From: Patellaria atrata CBS 101060
Lineage: Eukaryota
Direction: 5' to 3'
Assembly: GCA_010093705.1 (NCBI GenBank)
Contig: MU006100.1
Location: forward strand, 346,745-410,744
Length of the DNA stretch: 64,000 nt
Below are positions 24,601 through 38,440 of the stretch, piece after piece. Each line of letters begins with the position of its first letter. Position 1 is the stretch's first letter. The notes under the pieces are model-generated. The model saw only the letters and a program-made list of their open reading frames with translations, did no database searches and had not been told where the DNA came from. The translations under genes and the position numbers were made by a program.

Positions 24601-27600
24601 ACCCCCACACCAACCGCCTCCGCGGCCGCTAACCTCACTATCAGGAGTAGAGCTAAGCTCCCTCCATTTTCAGTCCTTTCTTAGTATCCGGCTTTCCTAT
24701 CCTAACACGAACTGGACGGTGAGAGAGCAGAAGTCTGTAAGTGACTTCAATGAGATCACTGTGGGTTCTGCGTGGCTTTCGTAGGGTCTACCTCACTTCC
24801 TGCTGGATCCCAATCTGATTCCTTTCATTCGCCTCATGCTCTTCCTCCAAGTTCTTTACTTTGCTACTTTGAAGGTCCATACTTCGCATTCTACATTACA
24901 CTCCACCATTGACCCAATCTTTGATCTCAGTACCATTCCCCATGCCCTCATTTCTCCTCCTAGCATCCCCCAGCCAAGGAGAAGACAAGTAACTGTAAGT
25001 GATCTCAAGCGAAGCGAACTTGAGATCAATTCTGGGTATCACTATCTTGTAGTTTCAACACCATCTTTGACGTCTAATTACTTTGTCAAAGTCTTCTCTT
25101 GACTGGTTCTCGATTTTTCTGTCCTAGTCACTTCTCCATCTTTACAATACTATATCTTTAACTCTATCCTTCCTCGCTCACTCATGCCATTCCTCCATCC
25201 TATATATATTTCTAGTATCCTTTCCCTGTTCTTCCTATACCATTTCCCTCTTCTTCCGCCTCATTCCCCTTCGTCACCCCTTATTTCCACCTTCCCTCGC
25301 CCTTATTTTCTCTCTATCTACACCCATCCTCCTGGTCCCTCTCATTTCCTGCTCTCGGTGGTCGCCTTCGGCACAATTTATCCATTTCCGCATCTACCCT
25401 TAGACCACCTCTTCCAGCAGGTGTGCTCCTATCTGACCGTAACGTATCTATCACACATACCTAGCACATGCGACCATCGTCGTGAACCAAGGGTTACATT
25501 TGAGTAGTAAGGTAATCCCATCTTGACTCCTCTACCTACGCTAACAGGGGGGGATGTAATACTCTCTTAACAAGAAAAGTGTGGGCGGAAAGTCAAGGTA
25601 GTCCAGATAAAGGGTTCCTGCTTTTAGTATAGGACATCGGTATAGGTTCACTAGTTCACGATGAATCGAAAATACAAATTTGCAGTCGTATATGCGTTTT
25701 ACTTAAAGTGGTACCGGACGTGCGAGGAGATATATAACTGCCCCCGGTAAAGGGGAGTAAATGTGATGACGCTAAGGTAGTGAGTGATCAATTCTCTAAC
25801 CTCCTTGTCGTAGACTCGCCTTGATGATCGTCGTTGATGGTCCGTTGGCCGTAGCTGTCGCCTAGTAGTCGTTGGGACTGCATGAACAAAGGGGAGAAGA
25901 AGGGGAAGGGAGGGATGGAGATCGAGCTCACTCAGTATAAGGAGTAATGAAAGGGATGATACGCAGGTGAGAGACGCTGGGGAAAAACTACAGTACCACA
26001 TATGGAGTTGAAGTCAACCTCTTCTACTTTATTTCCCGATGGGGAGATTCAGTGCAACAGTGATCGCACGCGGATTGAAGAAAATCGAGGGGAAAGAAAC
26101 CGGGTTGGAGTAGTTGCACGTTCGGGGTTGTGGTATGGGTATGGGCGAGGCTGAAATGTGTACTTGCGGTGAAGTGGTACATCATAGTACCGCACCCCCT
26201 TCCTTCCGCCATGTCGCCAAAAGGGGTACAGGTAGCATAGACGAAGCGGTACACGTACGGTACCGCTCCCGCTCAGAAGCACTTCAGGAGTGAAGTATCG
26301 GTAAGATATCTATTCGTATCGCTCCGCTTATGCTCGGTTCACGGTGAAGAATACAATACAGGAGCAGCTGAACAAAGTAATTTGGGGCAAGAGGGTAGAA
26401 AGGGGTATATTCAGCACGACTAACGAAGCCCATCCATCCTATCGTCCCATCCAATACGTTGCTATAATCCATACACCTCTCATCCCCCTCTAACCCCCTC
26501 CTCGACCTATCCCCATCCTCTACCCCCTCAAAATCCCGTAAACTCCCAACCACAACCCCCCAAAAGCCCCTCGGGGGAAAAGGTGTATGTACAGGACGTT
26601 CTCTAACCCCACACCCATCTCGCTCCAAACCAGAGAACGAACCCCAGCCCGAAAGCGGGTGTTGAGCCTTCTATTCCCGCACCTCCCCCCTATTTCAAGA
26701 AAAACTCAGAAAAAAGGAGGAAGGTGAATATTTTACTCTCCCAGCGCTCCGTTAGTCGCGACAATAGTAGATTGACGTTGTCGTGCCTGCAGACCTTGCG
26801 TCTGCATCGCTGGTTTTTTTGGTTTGAGGGGGAAGGGAGAGAGGGTTTGGGGTGGGGATAGGGGGGATGAGGGAAAATGGGTATGAAAGAGAGGAAGGGA
26901 AGGATAAGAGAGGGGATATGTAAAGGTAGGGGAGTATTTGTACTTTACTTTGGAGCTGAAATCAGATCTATCCTCCCATCTCCATGCGTCTCTCGTCTCT
27001 GGCTCTTTGACTTCGTTATTGAAAACCAGACTCCCCACGTATTTTTTTTCTGATCATCAATACCTTTATACCAGGGTCTCTCACTTGATGAACAAATCTA
27101 GTTAGTTGGAGGACCGCATCGAAAAATACCTTTGGAACCGGTACGAGGGGCTGGTTCGAAAAAAACAGACCAGTCCGGTACCTTAGCATCAAGGTTGGCA
27201 TGAAGACCCAACGAAATGACAAGTCTGGAGTGGTGGATTCGAGGATACCGTGTGATGATAGGTAGTCCGGTAAGTCTCTTCTCCGTGTACAGTTTGTGTC
27301 CTTAAGTTCGGTATCGGTGCTGAACGAATACCGGTGGACTGCTGAGTTAGAAAAAGCACCAGATGTACGAACTGTACGGTTAAGAGCTGCGTACGATTGG
27401 AGCTCTTCCATACGTTTTGACGGTTCCAGTACGGTAGGTTAAAAATTCTTTGACACTAAGGGTGCAATAGATGAAAATACCTGGACAGAGTAAGGGATGT
27501 GGGGATACTTAATGTACTAAGCAATCAGGACGCTTTTCTGGTGAAGGAGGCTGAAAAGAGGAAGATATAGAGGGAATAGTCCAGATTGTTGTAATGAAAG

Positions 27601-27857
27601 AAACAAAATGTGACTATAATAAGGAAACAGGATAAAATTGTCAGTCTATCAGTTCAGAGTTACCTGAAAACCGGGGTATACCGATCCCCAACCCCACCGA
27701 TATGATCGATTAGATTCATCATATCAACACCGTAACACCACGCTAAATGCATGTCCACCCTTTGGTGATGGAGTAAAACCGCCTTAGGACAACTCACCTC
27801 GTCAATTTCATGATGAAATCATTTCTTCGTAACAGACATCTTTCAACTTTCAACCAA

Positions 27858-29657
27858 TCAATCATAATGCATGAAGAGAGCACTAATGCTTTCACCATGG
27901 TGATTCCTCCGAATAGCTTCCGCAAGCAGATTCGCAACATCAATAACGACCAACTTCTTAGATCGTACCAATTTGGCTGGAGAGATCGGGAAAGTATTGG
28001 TGACCACGATTTTGTTGATGCAACCGCAATTTTCCAACTCTTCAAGGCATTGTTCGGTACACAAAGCATGCGTAGCCATACAGTATACTTGTGTTGCCTC
28101 ACCCCTCTTGATCACAGTCTCAGCTGCTGCGATCCAACTGCCTGATCTGTCTAGAATATCGTCGACGATGAAAACAGGTCGATCTTTCACATTACCAACT
28201 AATGTAACAGTTGTTTCGAGTTCAGGATTTTCAAGGTCGTCCTCTTCATCTTCAGAAGACTGACCACCCTCAGCAGACCCTCCCAGTGCGTGTTCCGGGC
28301 GGAAAGACGACGCTGTTGACACGAAGGATGACATCATATGCTCAGGTATAGCACTGTCTTCATCGTTGTTACCTCGATAACGGGATCTTCCACTAGGATT
28401 TGAGACAGCGGAAAAAGCTGGGGAAGGGGCGTCATCATCGACAATGTGACCTTGCCTAAGCCGTCCAGTAATAACATTTTGAGCACGCTGAAGACCATTA
28501 GCAGATGGAAAAGTGTTAAGTCTTTCATATTTACCTCATCGGTATACTCGTTTCCGTCACCATCCTCTCCCGGAGTGTGAGGTTCAGGAGCGGTGTTAAC
28601 TCGTGTAGGCCTCAAAGGGGACCTGGGAGGTGATGAACTTGGCGAAGGGCGCCGTGCTGACTTAGCAAGAGGGCTAGATGGGGAGTCGGAGCTACTATTG
28701 ACCATACGTTTGGATAAAGGATTCGATGCTGCTCTAGCTCGATGGGACGGCGTGCGACTATTTTCTTGAGGCGGTGGTTCTTCCGCAACTGGTTCTAAGG
28801 GTGGTAGCGCTGAGATGCTATCAACATCGCCCGATTCTAGTTCATTCGTCCCATCTAACCCGAGCTTGTCAAATATCATGCTCGCATTCATGGGAGAATG
28901 TTGCCCGGGCCTAGAACGATCAGTAGTGACAATGCCAAAGCTAAGCTTCAGAGCATCCGCAAGAGATGTCACCCTCTTTGTACCGCCTGGATTCTTACTG
29001 ACTACAACACCATTTTTCCAATCGGGTACATTGACCTTGATCCATCGCGCAATCAACGGCTCGGCAACAAGATTATCAATGGGACAATGGAAGAATCCTT
29101 GCATCTGGCTCGCGTGCAGGTCGATGGTGATCACATGATTTACACCAGCGACATTTAGGAGGTTGGCAATCATTCTTGCAGTAATAGAGCCCCGATGCGA
29201 CTTCTTTTTGGACTGACGTGAGTAAGGAAAGTATGGCATGACAGCTAGTAGAATAAGCAAGCATCCAGCAGCTATACATCTACTCACTGACCTGTAATCG
29301 ACTTTGCAGAAGCACCTTTGCATGCATTTATCATGATAAGAAGCTCCATGACATTGTCATTGATTCTAAGTTGTTAGCGGTGTGGTGTGACCAGAGCTTG
29401 CAGATCTCACTTCTCACTGCCACTCTGGACGATAAAGATATTCTGGTCTCTGATTGACGTTTCTGAACTCATTAGCCTTCCTGCCACTATTCCCTTGCAA
29501 GCAATCTTACAGTGGGTAACTAACGTATCTGGACGCTTGTCTCTCCATTGCTGAACTTGCGAAGCTCGGCTTTACCAGGTCTTTGACCTAGTCGCTCGCA
29601 GATACCATCCACAAGCGCAGGGTGTGATGAGCCTGAAAATATCAGACTTTGGCGCAT
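27858..29657 (-). CDS. PRS1: Ribose-phosphate pyrophosphokinase, PRS1-type with long central insertion
   Basis: Exons 29657-29525, 29462-29411, 29365-29292, 29244-28535, 28487-27858. Motifs FSNGET, PYFPYSRQ, DLHASQMQGFF, VVSKNPGGTKRV, VDDILD and RRNHHGESIS, plus a Ser/Pro-rich non-homologous region. Confidence 0.93.
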
Positions 29658-30142
29658 GATGAGTGATGAATTGACAGTTGTAGAACTGTTTGATGGGATG
29701 AGCTGGTGAGAAGGTGTAAGTGTAAAGATCAGACGGAGTTCTACCAAATTTTTCGACGAGCGTAGTAGCGTGGGCTGGCTAACTGGAACTGGGCTTGTGA
29801 CGATCGCAAACCCCCGCCGTCCAAGGGCCGAGGATCCCCCTGCCATGCCAGTAATCAGCCGATCAAAGTAGCTTTTCTGTTTACGGCAGCGATAAGAGTA
29901 CATGATCTATAGATAGAATCTCAAAGGACTTGAGCAAAAGCTGATGTATATGTATAATTACCCTGTGCTCTAACCATGACCGTATCTAGGTCAAGTACCG
30001 TCATAAAGATTGCGGCGAAGCATTACTCGCGCTCTGGTCTCTGCATAGAAAGATAGTTAACCTACAGCTTCCATTGTGGGAACTGAAATAACTGTATGTT
30101 GACTTCCCAGTATAAGTCCGCCGTACCTCTCTACTTACCCTA

Positions 30143-30867
30143 ATGGCAAACCCACGCCCAAACCCATCCTACACCCTCCGCCCCGCCCTCCCCTCCGACA
30201 TCCCCTCCATAACCTCCCTACTCGCCTGGTACATCACCAACACCGTCATAACCCTCGCCCACACCCCGCAAGCCCCAGAACAAATTCTATCAGCCTACAA
30301 CACCATCAAATCCCAACACCTCCCTTACATTGTAGCCTGCAACGACCAGGATCCAGGGGAGATCTACGGGTACATCTACTGTTCCGGTTTCCGCGCCGCC
30401 AGAGCGGGATACAAGCATACCGTCGAAGTGAGCCTGTTCTGCCACCAAGAGCACGTAAATAAGGGGATCGGGACCGTGTTGTTGAGGAAGTTGATTGAAG
30501 TCTTGAGGGAGCCGAGGAGATTTCCTGAGTATGGTTGCGCGGAGAGGGCCGAGGGGAGTAAAGTTAGGATTGTGATAGGTAGGTATAGTTGTAGATGTAG
30601 GAGTGTCGGCCATTTGTCTGTTGTGGATTGTCTGGTCTTCGCTAATACTTCACAGCGTGTATGTCTGTGGATGAAACTGCAGCAAGGGGTGGTCTCGCTC
30701 TCAAGGAGTGGTATGAACGTTTCGGTTTCGAGCAAGTGGGACGCTTTCACAAGGTTGGGTATAAGTTTGACCGTTGGTATGTTATTTTTCTTCAGTCTCT
30801 TAGGAAAGAACTGATTTCTCGGTTTCCTAGGGTCGACACGATATATCTGCAGCTCGAGCTCTGGTAG
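30143..30867 (+). CDS. GNAT N-acetyltransferase (phosphinothricin/methionine-sulfoximine acetyltransferase-like)
   Basis: Exons 30143-30578, 30656-30776, 30831-30867. Motifs LRPA, YI.NTVIT, R.GYKHTVEVSLF, KGIG and WYERFGFEQVG..KVGYKFDRW.D. Confidence 0.88.
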
Positions 30868-31085
30868 TATAGTTGTTAGGGTATACATAACACATGGCGC
30901 TCAGAGTATATGGTCTAGGGATCTAGTTTTATTTGTCCGTTAGGACACTTATTTGCTCCAACATCATATCATACTATACACTCATCGTCTCGTAATCCGG
31001 AAAATACGGCCATAGTGTTTTCTGGGAGACCTCTCCACTTTCCGGTAACGCCAAGGACTAATATCTCCAGTGAGAAATAAGCTTC

Positions 31086-32367
31086 TCAAGTGAATTTTGG
31101 TTTTTGACCCGTGACAAAGACGCTGGGTAGTTGTCAGTTCTGAACTCATGAAGTAATAGAAAAGGCTAAAATACTTACGCCTTCGTGTACGAATGCATCT
31201 TATTACTACGAACTTCCTCCCTCACCTTTGCTAAAAGAACTTGAACTTCGGCCGGCTCCCAGCCATTGCGGGTGAATAGAGCCATAGTATAGTTCTCCAT
31301 CCCACCCTCCAGAAGGTGGACTTGATAGTATCGTCCGATTTCTTTCAGTTGTTTGTTCTTTGGCCAAGGTCCAATCGGTACGATTTTCTCCGTCTCCTGT
31401 ACGTCCGTGTAGCCAGCGGCTTCGAGCCACTTTGCCATATATGGAATCTGGTCAAAGTTCAACCCTATTTTGGCCGCAATGTCGTGGAATGTATTCTCCC
31501 ACTGACGCGAATAGGAATCTTCCGGAAACGACCCATCGTCGCAATGAAAATGAGTACGAATTTCAGAGACTTCAATCTTCCCTCCAGGTTTCAGATGCTT
31601 ATACGCTTGGCTCAAGAAGTGTGACCAATGGCTGATTGCGCCTCCAAGAGTCCTAACGTGGATAAAATCGAAACGATCTTCTGGCCAAGTCCAGTCCTGT
31701 GCTAGGTCATCGATCTCGAATTTTATATTAGATGGTACTACAAGGTTTTAATTAGATCACTAGTCGGATGACAAGTGGCAAGAGCTTACTATACCCCAGC
31801 TTGGTTGAATTGGACTTAAGTCAACGCCTGTAACTGTTGCTTGAGGGTATTTGTCCGCGACTATGGTGGATATTTGCGTTAGTATGATCTCGTAGGTATA
31901 GGTTGCGCGCAGTCGTAAGTATTTAACAACTAGACAATTCTGCATGCATACCATCTATGGCCCAGATGCCAGTGCCAGTTCCAGCATCCATAATATCCTG
32001 CGCATGTTCCAAATTGGTCACGCATAGTTCACCTCCTAAACATAACATGAAAATATGATGTTGGAGGTCGAGCCGATCTTGCTCGCTTTCATCGTTGGGA
32101 AGGAGATATTGGCCCGCACGGTAGGCGTGATATGTGTGTCCATTCTCATATGTATAGTTGAATATTGAAGAACTCGCAGATTGAGTTTCGCTCAATACGC
32201 TCTCGTAGTCGGAAGTAAGTGAGACGTTGTCCTGTCATGGATGTTAACATCACTTTATGAGGGAGAGCTCTTAGTCCGTCGGGTATGGGAATAAGAAGAT
32301 CGGCACTTACGTCCGCCTCAATCGGCTGCTGGCTATGGTTCGGCTCTGAATCCTCCATGCCCGTCAT
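31086..32367 (-). CDS. SAM-dependent methyltransferase (LaeA-like / Methyltransf_23)
   Basis: Exons 32367-32311, 32231-31952, 31860-31795, 31737-31179, 31122-31086. Motifs YENG.TYH, PNDESEQDRLDLQH, DAGTGTGIWAID, GVDLSPIQP.WVP.N..FEIDD and PIGPWPK. The start could also be at 32358. Confidence 0.9.
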
Positions 32368-32746
32368 CAGATGAGATGCGCCTCTTGTTGTACTGTAGCA
32401 CGGTTGGCACACCGCTACGGTGCTTTGAATGGAGGAAATGAACAACTCGGTGTGCTCGTATGCTGTATCACAGGTTGAGAGGTAACAGGTGCAAATTCAG
32501 AATTCAAAAGTAGTTACCAGACTCTTTAGCGGCACTTGTCAGCTACTTTCCTCACGGAGGATGCCGTTCTTGGGGAGCTCCTGGCGGGCTTGGTGGTTGA
32601 ATTCAGGGCCGACAACCCCACACGCTACCCCTTGACCTCTTCCAGATTATACGGGCAGAGTTACCGTCGGTTGGCCCTCTGTAATTACACAAGATGTTGC
32701 ACGATTCTTGATTGATGTACTTGTACGGCATATGCAGTGTGACACC

Positions 32747-34502
32747 ATGATCAAATCTCTTCTTCAAAGGTAACGTGAACCTTTAACCCCCAACGGCATA
32801 CGCAGTCGCATACCGGACAACGCGCCGATATCTGGAATTGATGTGCTTCGACCCGAGCTTACGGTCGGCAGTCCCAATCGCCTGGTCTTCGGTCCCTTCT
32901 TTCTTTTCCTCCTCCTGATTTTCGTGAAACGACGTTATTTCTCCCCGATCAGTGATATACCGGGTCCGTTTTCAGCATCTTTTGGTCATTGGTGGCAATG
33001 GAGACGGACGCTGAAAGGAGGAACTGAGAAAGAGACTATTGCGCTCCATCAAAAGCATGGTATACTAGTATTATCCTTTTATATACAACAGAGACTAACT
33101 GGTTTGCGATTGTAGGGAATTTTGTTCGAATCAGCCATAAGGAGGTCAGCATAGGCCATCCTGATGCGATCAAGGCACTTCTTGTTGCGCCTTTACCAAA
33201 GGTATTCCAATCCGGGATTGACCGAAATGATTGGAAGCTGATTGGTTTGTAGGGGAGCTGGTATCAAGTATTCAATCTTCCTGACAAGAGATATGTGAAC
33301 CAAATGGGAGAGTTGGATCCAACGCGTCATATCCACAAGGCCAGAAATGTTGCGCCAGGGTACGCATTTTCCAATGTGATCAAATCTGAACCCTACGTCG
33401 ATGAGGCTATTCGAACTCTTGAGGATCAGCTTGGAAAGTTGTCCCAGGATAATAAAGAAGTGGATTTCTCGCAATGGTTCAATTGGTATGGGTTCGATAT
33501 CCTAGGCGAGGTCACATTCTCGAAGAGTTTTGGGTTTCTAAAGGAAGGGCGTGATGTCGGTGACTCTGTCGCAAATACCGCTATATTGGCTGTTTATATA
33601 TGTATTATTGGACATGTGTATTGGCTCCATTCATGGCTCCTCGCGAATCCCTTGATTGACAAATTCAACCTACGACCGTCACTCCACATTCTGGATACCT
33701 GCTTCGCAGCTCTTGACGCTCGGAAGAAGAGCGGTGAGGCTAGAAAAGATATGGTCGAGCAATGGAAAGAAACAAGAGCAAAACACCCGGATCGTATGGA
33801 AGAAAAAGAGATTCTGGCTGGATGTCTTGTCAACATCGGCGCTGGCGCTGATACAATCAGCTCTGCATTGCAAGCATTTTTCTATCACGCAATACGGACT
33901 CCAGGAGTGTATAATCAATTGCGAAAAGAGGTAGATGAAGCACAAGCACGAGGAGAATTGTCAGCGGTAGTATCGCATGCTGAAGCGCAGAACCTACCAT
34001 ATCTTCAGGCGACAATCAAAGAAGCCCTGAGGTTTCACACTCCCATCGGCTTTGGATTCCCTCGCGTCGCACCGGCAGGCGGCATAACAATCCTCGATCG
34101 CCACTTTCCGGAAGGCGTAACGCTAAGCGTGAACCCATGGGTGATCCACCGCAACAAGGAACTCTTTGGAGATGATGCTGATGTCTTCAATCCTGATCGG
34201 TGGATGGATGCTGAGCGCGCGAAGGAGATGAATAAGTACATGATTCCAGTAAGTACTAGAAGGAAAGTTGTATCTATGACCGTGTGACTGATCTGATGCC
34301 TCAATAGTTTGGTGCTGGTTACAATCAATGCCCAGGTCGCCACCTTGCACATATGGAACTTTCTAAGCTCACGGCTACACTGGTAAGAGATTTCGATATC
34401 GTCCAGGTAAATCCGAAGCAGGAGTGGAAGTTTGAAACGCACTTCACGGCTGTGCCGTATGGGTGGCCTTGCAAAGTAAGGAGACGCAACCGGGGAACTT
34501 GA
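32747..34502 (+). CDS. Cytochrome P450 (pisatin demethylase-like group)
   Basis: Exons 32747-32769 (tentative), 32806-33059, 33116-33201, 33253-34248, 34308-34502. Contains a TM helix followed by IPGP, AGADT, KEALR, FNPDRW and the heme motif FGAGYNQCPG. Confidence 0.9.
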
Positions 34503-35949
34503 ACTTTGACAGTGAGAAAGAGCTGGATGAATAAGATGCCGTTGACAGTTTTGACTTTTGGATTATAATATCGTAATTAGAGGATCAGGTCATTGTCGTC
34601 TGATACGAGGACAGTATGGTGGTATTTTAGAAGTATTCAAGATTTGTTAGAATAAGGTATCTTAGGAAGCTGGAGATATTGGATCAGTCTTAGGTTTTAC
34701 GCAAATTATACCCGACCTCAAAGGAGATGCTCATATGTGGTAAGGTCGGGTATGACTACGGTGCCTATTAAGGGAGGAGCAAACAGCTCTTCTCGTTCCT
34801 TCTATCACGGGCCGGTAGAGGTCCCTGATCGGTTAGTTCCTAACCCAACCTGCCTTACCATCATCTTAACTTCTCCGCTGTGTTCGAGTCGATGATCAAG
34901 GGAGCTTGATGGCATAACGTAGTTCTTGTTTCTACTGTTACTTTTGACGACTTGCACACAGTCTTACGAAGGAGAGATCTGGCTACGCATCGAGCGCCTT
35001 TTTTTCATTATTCAGAGTTCACATTCTACTTGAATAGAAGGTCTTAGAGCAATTATGGGATACAACTTTTGGCGATGCTGGTGCTGGACGACATCTTGTG
35101 GTGAAATTACCTTGCGCGCGGAGATGGTGATAAGGAGGAGAAAATGATATTATGAAGATGAAGCGCAGCGCGCACTGAGGTGCACATGAGGAAATAGATA
35201 CTAATCACCTGCGTAATATGTCTCTTTGCTTCATTTGACCCGTTATTCGGATGTGCTTATTAGCTGTTTTTCATGTAACTCGTATCGCATGGAAGAATGG
35301 CACTGTACAGAGAATTTACTAAAATCAGTTGTTCAGCAGCTGCAGCACAGGCATCACAAAACCACTTTATGAAGTCTTTGCTGTGCTTTCGTGCATTACT
35401 AATATAAATACTAACTTTTGCTCATCCTAAAGAGTCCATAAGTCGCCGATGAAGAGTGATATGAATGAGTCCTGTGATTCATTGAACCTGTACCTGCTGC
35501 AGATGCTGATTTTCCAAACCAAAGGGAATAGGAAATGATAAGAATTTGTAAATTTTTAGAATTAGGAGAAAGATGGAAGGGATGAAAGAGAAGAAATTAG
35601 GGAAGAAGTTAGAAGAAGGGATAGTTTTCAGCAACAATGGAATAAGAGTTAGACCGGAAAGGAGGTGAAAGGTGAAAGGTATGAAATAGAAATTATTACT
35701 AGCTGTACCTCAGTGCATATGAAAAGAGGGAATGGGGTATGAAAGGTGATAGGTAAAAATCAAATTTGGAGTATAACGCACCATACCCCAACTGCGGCAA
35801 TCTATCAGCAGTATGCCGACTGTGAGGAGATGAAGCGCTAAATATCGTGATCAGTCGGAACCCTAGACTGAACCTCACCGACTTAGCCACACCATCGTTG
35901 CAAGTGACTAAGCTTCCTACCCAGAAAATCATGATCCAGAAGAGCATCA

Positions 35950-37041
35950 TCAAATCTGATGAAACCTCTTCGCAACTCCTTCAGCGGAGAACCTCATGCC
36001 GGTTTTATCAGCCAACCTCCTAGCAACAATAACCCAAAGCTCTTCTGTAACTTCCCCATAAGCCTCAACCAGAATCTCATCCATCCTAGCATTCCACTTC
36101 TCTTGAAATGTATCACCCTCAGCCTCACCATCCTTCATCTTCCCACGTCCCCAACCACCACCAGTCAAGAACCTACGTTCTTTCTCCTTGACGCGCAAGT
36201 GCATGTAGTCCCTAGGATCAAAATCGGTATCGCCCTCGCGAGCGGCGATGCGGGGACCATTGCGCACAAAGCGCCCGTAGACTGCGGCCTCGGTGAAGGA
36301 CGGTTCTTTGCCAGCTTTGATGCGCTCGTGGTTCATGTGCCTGACAATGCCGTTCCAGGACATCCTCTTGACGACACGGAGGTGCTTGATGAGATGGTTC
36401 TCAGGGTCATCTTCAGGCATGGGACGACGCTCACGCGGATGGGGAATAGATGTACCGGCAATCCCAGGAGTGAGGTTAAGCGCCATCTTCATCTTGTGCG
36501 CTTGGGTTGGTGGTGGGAGGTTGTTACGGTCGCGACTGAATGGGGGAGGGGAAACACGACGGCGGGTTTGCGAGTTGGAGGATCCTGGTTGCTGAGGTGA
36601 ATTCGCAAATGGGTCAGGGAAGTAAGGACTTTGTGTAGTTGTTGGTGTGCCTGGAGGTTCAAAAAGAGGAGAAGGTTCAGTGATACGAGGACGAATGGGA
36701 GTTGGAGGTCCGTCGAATTGATCTGGGGCATCGGTTGTCATTGTCTCTTCTCGATCGAAGCGGAAGCGGGCATTGTGAAATGGGACAATTTGTCGAATTC
36801 CAGTGCCCGGATTGAACTGTTTGCCCATGAGATGGGGACGTTTCTCGCTGCTAGGAGGCGAGAGGTGCTCATTGTTGCGCTTGGTGGATGGAGGCGTGCG
36901 CACGCGGGTATGGTTGGCGGCAACATTATTTGAAGGGTGAGCTGGTTGCATTGGAGTGCTCGGCTCTGGTGGAGGCTGGTCCGTATATTGTAGGTGAGAG
37001 TTGGTGTTACCGCCGAAGTTATCGTAATCGTTGGGATTCAT
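35950..37041 (-). CDS. Hypothetical protein with Pro-rich N-terminus and Myb/SANT-like C-terminal helical repeats
   Basis: Intronless 363-aa ORF with segments DPENHLIKHLR...SW..I...MN...TEAAVYGRFVRN and W....DE.LVEAY......W..VA.RL...G..F......KRF. Confidence 0.75.
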   Translation of the reverse strand: MNPNDYDNFGGNTNSHLQYTDQPPPEPSTPMQPAHPSNNVAANHTRVRTPPSTKRNNEHLSPPSSEKRPHLMGKQFNPGTGIRQIVPFHNARFRFDREETMTTDAPDQFDGPPTPIRPRITEPSPLFEPPGTPTTTQSPYFPDPFANSPQQPGSSNSQTRRRVSPPPFSRDRNNLPPPTQAHKMKMALNLTPGIAGTSIPHPRERRPMPEDDPENHLIKHLRVVKRMSWNGIVRHMNHERIKAGKEPSFTEAAVYGRFVRNGPRIAAREGDTDFDPRDYMHLRVKEKERRFLTGGGWGRGKMKDGEAEGDTFQEKWNARMDEILVEAYGEVTEELWVIVARRLADKTGMRFSAEGVAKRFHQI

Positions 37042-38239
37042 GATGATCAGAGGTTCTCTGCATTTTGGAGTGTTAGTCCTAGTTGGAGGTTTGCTGATAA
37101 GCAGTAAGGATATGGAGGTTATTGGAGTTTGCTTTGAAAGTGATGCATCGGTGATGTCACAACATCATCAAAACAACTCGAGACAGGCAACTCTTTTGAT
37201 GACTCGCAATACAGAGATCAACTTACCAATGGTCAGAGGCGACGAGTATCCTCAGCTGCGTCACCTACTGCTTTGCGCGTCTCACAGTTCTGGTCGCAAG
37301 GCTCTTTGAGAATTGTCTTACTTACTGCCGACCGAGCTGGGGGAGAGGAACGTCGATTGATACTTGTCAAGAGTGAGGTGTAGAAAAGTTCGTTGAGATG
37401 TCAAAGTTGACTTTATAACAAAGCGGGAACTAGCGGTGGAAGTTGTTGTGTGCGTGTGTAGAGGGACAGATGATATTTTGCATCCGGATGCGCTGCTGGG
37501 CTCATTCAAGAGACGTCGGTGAAGACCACCGATGCATCAAATCCTCGCCGAATTAGGAAATGCGGGATTTCTAGCCACTTGATTGGAGGAGTAGGCCGCA
37601 TACGGTAAGACACAGGACTAAAAGTGCAGGAAGAGACATATTGTTCCTATTGTAGGAGCAGCCATAGAATATGATCATGCTTGATGATGCTCGACGCCTG
37701 CTGCTATTGAGGTCCTGGTTGAATTTCCGGATTTTTCAACGACGTCTATCACCGTGAGCTATTCCATCTTCGACTTCGACGCCTTCTACTAACGGGAGCG
37801 AACCGGATGTTAGTATGATATCTTACCTAGAAGCGTAGGCGCTGGAAGTCGACAGTTGATATGAAGTTCCGTTCTTTGATAAAGGGTGAACCCGAGTGAA
37901 GGAAGACAGCACATGTGGATACTACACGAGAGAACCAAAGAATAGATTAGGATTGCGAGGAGGTACTTGAAAAATCTACACGAAAACGTCCGATAAAAAA
38001 GATCCCGAAATCAGAGGTTACCGCCGTCAAGGTCGAGCAAATTCATCCCCGCCTCCTCCCAAACGCCGTTTCATGCCTGTATTCCTCTCAATGCCGTAAC
38101 TCCTAAGTGCGATGACGTCCTTATTGAAACCGTATTTGTTTTAAAAGGCCTTACAGTCCGCTTCCCACTAGCAGAGGCGAAGAAGACATCCATGACTGCA
38201 ATATTTTCCGTAAAGTCGTAGTGTTGAGATAGCTAGAGT

Positions 38240-38440
38240 CTAGCGGATGGCCATGTATGTTGCTGTTATCTCCTGGTGGGCTGCGCGGGCGAGATGCTTG
38301 GTTTCCCTCTCCTGAGGAGCTTGGAGCTTCTTTGTTGGCTTATCTCTCCTGAACATGGATTGGAGGAGGGCCCTAGTGGAGCTATGCGACGATGTTGTAT
38401 GCATAGAAGCAGAGTCAGAGGTGCTCGACGAAGAGTACAT
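38240..38440 (-). CDS. 66-aa small protein (Ser-rich N-terminus, basic middle, C-terminal EITATYMAIR)
   Basis: Good start context (acaATG) and a TATATAAG box about 150 bp upstream (38589-38596). The layout resembles fungal small proteins ending in EA.A.Y.A.R, recalled rather than searched. Confidence 0.65.
   Translation of the reverse strand: MYSSSSTSDSASMHTTSSHSSTRALLQSMFRRDKPTKKLQAPQERETKHLARAAHQEITATYMAIR

Noticed and set aside
26284..27038. Minus-strand ATG, short ORF and intron-like 26736-26690
   Set aside because: The spliced product is not protein-like and has no recognisable motif.
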